The position numbers were made by a program, and so were the translations under genes. The notes beneath the pieces are model-generated. The model was given only the letters and a program-made list of their open reading frames with translations, made no database searches and was not told where the DNA came from. Positions 61,955 to 64,000 of a stretch of DNA of 64,000 nt are shown piece after piece. Position 1 is the first letter of the stretch; each line of letters begins with the position of its first letter. This DNA is from Squalus acanthias (lineage: Eukaryota): contig CM059438.1 in NCBI GenBank assembly GCA_030390025.1, positions 66,342,001-66,406,000 on the forward strand, given 5' to 3'.

Positions 61955-62159
61955 GGTACACCAGCTCAGGTACATTAACTAACTGCTGCTCACGATCTAG
62001 TGTACTGATTGCATCTGTTTATCAGTCACCCTGATTTCTGATGTTGTTTCTTTTTAAATAGAGATTTTCCTTTCACAAATTCTTCTATGACAATTGTTGT
62101 GTAAGGTTCTTTAGGCCCAAATTCCCTCTATAGTGCCTTGCCCAACTGTCCATTTTATG

Positions 62160-62900
62160 TGTGAATCTCAACAGAGTGTCAGCAGACTATTTGGCTACAT
62201 GTGGCATCACAGCCAAGCACGATCTGTCCTTATGTTTTTTTTTTATTCGTTTATGGGATGTGGGCGTCGCTGGCAAGGCCAGCATTTATTGCCCATCCCT
62301 AATTGCCCTTGAGAAGGTGGTAGTGAGCCGCCTTCTTGAACCGCTGCAGTCCATGTGGTGAAGGTACTCCCACAGTGCTGTTAGGTAGGGAGTTCCAGGA
62401 TTTTAACCCAGCGACGATGAAGGATCGGCGATATATTTCTAAGTCAAGATGGTGTGTGACTTGGGGGGAACTTGGATGTGGTGGTGTTCCCATGCGCCTG
62501 CTGCCCTTGTCCTTCTAGTTGGAAGAGGTCGCAGGTTTGGGAGGTGCTGCCGAAGAAGCCTTGGCGAGTTGCTGCAGTGCATCTTGTAGATAGTACACAC
62601 TGCAGCCACGGTACACCGGTGGTGGAGGGAGTGAATGTTTAAGGTGGTGGATGTGGTGCCAATCGAGCGGGCTGCTTTGTCCTGGATGGACGTGATATCA
62701 ACACATGTACATTTTGAGCAGGGGTTGCTGGACAGCAATCAGGATTGGAAATCCTGGTCAAATATCCTCTCCCTAACTGGGCACTAAAGTCAACTGTGGC
62801 AACCCTGTTACCACACCAGGTGAGATTAGCTGGCTCAGCACAGACTGGTGAGCAAACCTTGGACCTTGCTGCTGTTCTGTGTGGCTGAGCTAACCACTTT
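62160..62900 (-). mobile_element. LF-SINE-like relic interrupted by a LINE fragment
   Basis: catcacagccaagc..tgtcct | LINE | ..gcaggggttgctggacagcaatcagg..gagattagctggctcagcacagactgg. Confidence 0.55.
62245..62688 (-). mobile_element. LINE 3' fragment ('IQDKAAR..' family)
   Basis: ORFs 62299-62493 and 62439-62738. Confidence 0.85.
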
Positions 62901-62997
62901 CTAAGCGCCCCTGAGCATGATAGATGATGTTCACTTATGATATATCCATTGTGTTTTTTCCAGTTATTGCACATTTTTACTGTGATGTAGTAATTAG

Positions 62998-63092
62998 CAA
63001 AAGGGTCACAAGACCTGAAGCATTAACCCTACCTTCCTGTCCCCACAGATGCTGCCTGATATGCTGAGCGTTCCCAGCATTTTCTGTTTTTA
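62998..63092 (+). mobile_element. Degenerate Penelope-like pseudo-LTR end
   Basis: aagggtcacaagacctgaagcattaacc..ccacagatgctgcctga..ccagcattttctgttttt. Confidence 0.6.
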
Positions 63093-64000
63093 TACCAGGT
63101 AATGTATTGTTGTCCAGAGGTCAAACAGAAAATGCTTGCTAAAGTAATTAGCTCACTGAATTGGCATCAGCTCTCTTGTGGTCTCCTAGTCATCAGATTG
63201 CAGAAGAATAAACACTCTATCAAACCATGTGACTTTGGCTCTAATCTACAAATCAGTTTTATTGAAGGTAACGGTTCAACAGCAGCATAAAGTCAATACA
63301 CTTGCTTACAGAATTTCTAATCTATGCCTCTGTAAATACAAGAACAACACACAATGCAACACTTCACTAACTTGCTGAATACGAAACTTGGACCAGCACC
63401 CGTAGAATAAACTCAGACTTGAAGTTTTGCCTGACTACCACAAAGTCTGTGAGTACATGCCTCTATCTTGATGAGCCCAGAAGAATTAATGAACTGGGTC
63501 CCTTCCCTTCAAAAACCTGTCTCCAGTGAACCAAGGTAACAATCAGCCAGATTAAATAGACTATGCACGTGGTCAATCAGGAAAATTAGGATATCAGGAG
63601 CAACTAGTGTCAAGGAAGCCTATTGCAGCAGTGTCATCGTGGGCCTAGTTTTCCTCTCAGTGCAATTTCTAGCCATACCTTCAGAGTATGGACTCTGCCT
63701 CATTCAGAGATCTGCACCTACAGTAACACAAATTTCAAATACCCAGTCAAATCTCACAGATACTGGAAATTAACTCATGGTTTGAATTGTGACAAAACTC
63801 CTACTCATCATACTGCTGCCTGGTATCAGTCCTGTGCCCCTATGTTCAACTAACACTGTTTAATTTCAAGTCGTGTTTGGATCGACTTTTATTGTGTTAA
63901 TATAGCTTTGTAAGGTCCCTTTTAGTCATCTCCTTTCAAGGCTGAAGAGCTCAGGTTTCTCCAGCACTTCATTATAACTCAGTTCTCTGATATTAGAGAT

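Noticed and set aside
59867..61982. 703-, 556- and 401-aa ORFs as genes, or the array as a CRISPR locus
   Set aside because: The ORFs are by-products of a 39-bp (13-codon) tandem unit that is open in several frames. There are no unique spacers or cas genes, and the DNA is eukaryotic.

Overview
Eukaryotic, repeat-dense genomic DNA, almost certainly from a cartilaginous fish (shark). This assignment rests on CR1-clade LINEs, DeuSINE/SacSINE1-like and LF-SINE-like SINEs, Penelope-like elements and Harbinger transposons. No host protein-coding exon, rRNA, tRNA or CRISPR array can be supported. Main structures: (1) a complete ~5.95 kb LTR element on the minus strand (4428-10380) with a 4-bp TSD, an exact 18-nt tRNA-Arg(CCT)-type primer-binding site, a PPT, no recognisable pol ORF, and decayed gag-like and env-like (membrane-anchored glycoprotein) frames. 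One of its LTRs carries a Harbinger MITE whose empty site is preserved in the other LTR. (2) A near-complete PIF/Harbinger transposon (40087-44966) with a DDE transposase and a spliced Myb/SANT gene, plus many non-autonomous relatives. (3) A ~1.9 kb inverted (palindromic) Penelope insertion (47157-49053) with a 14-bp TSD and a minimal hammerhead-ribozyme motif near each end. (4) Two solo LTRs of a second family. (5) A ~2 kb array of 39-bp repeats. All family assignments were made by eye, with no database searches.
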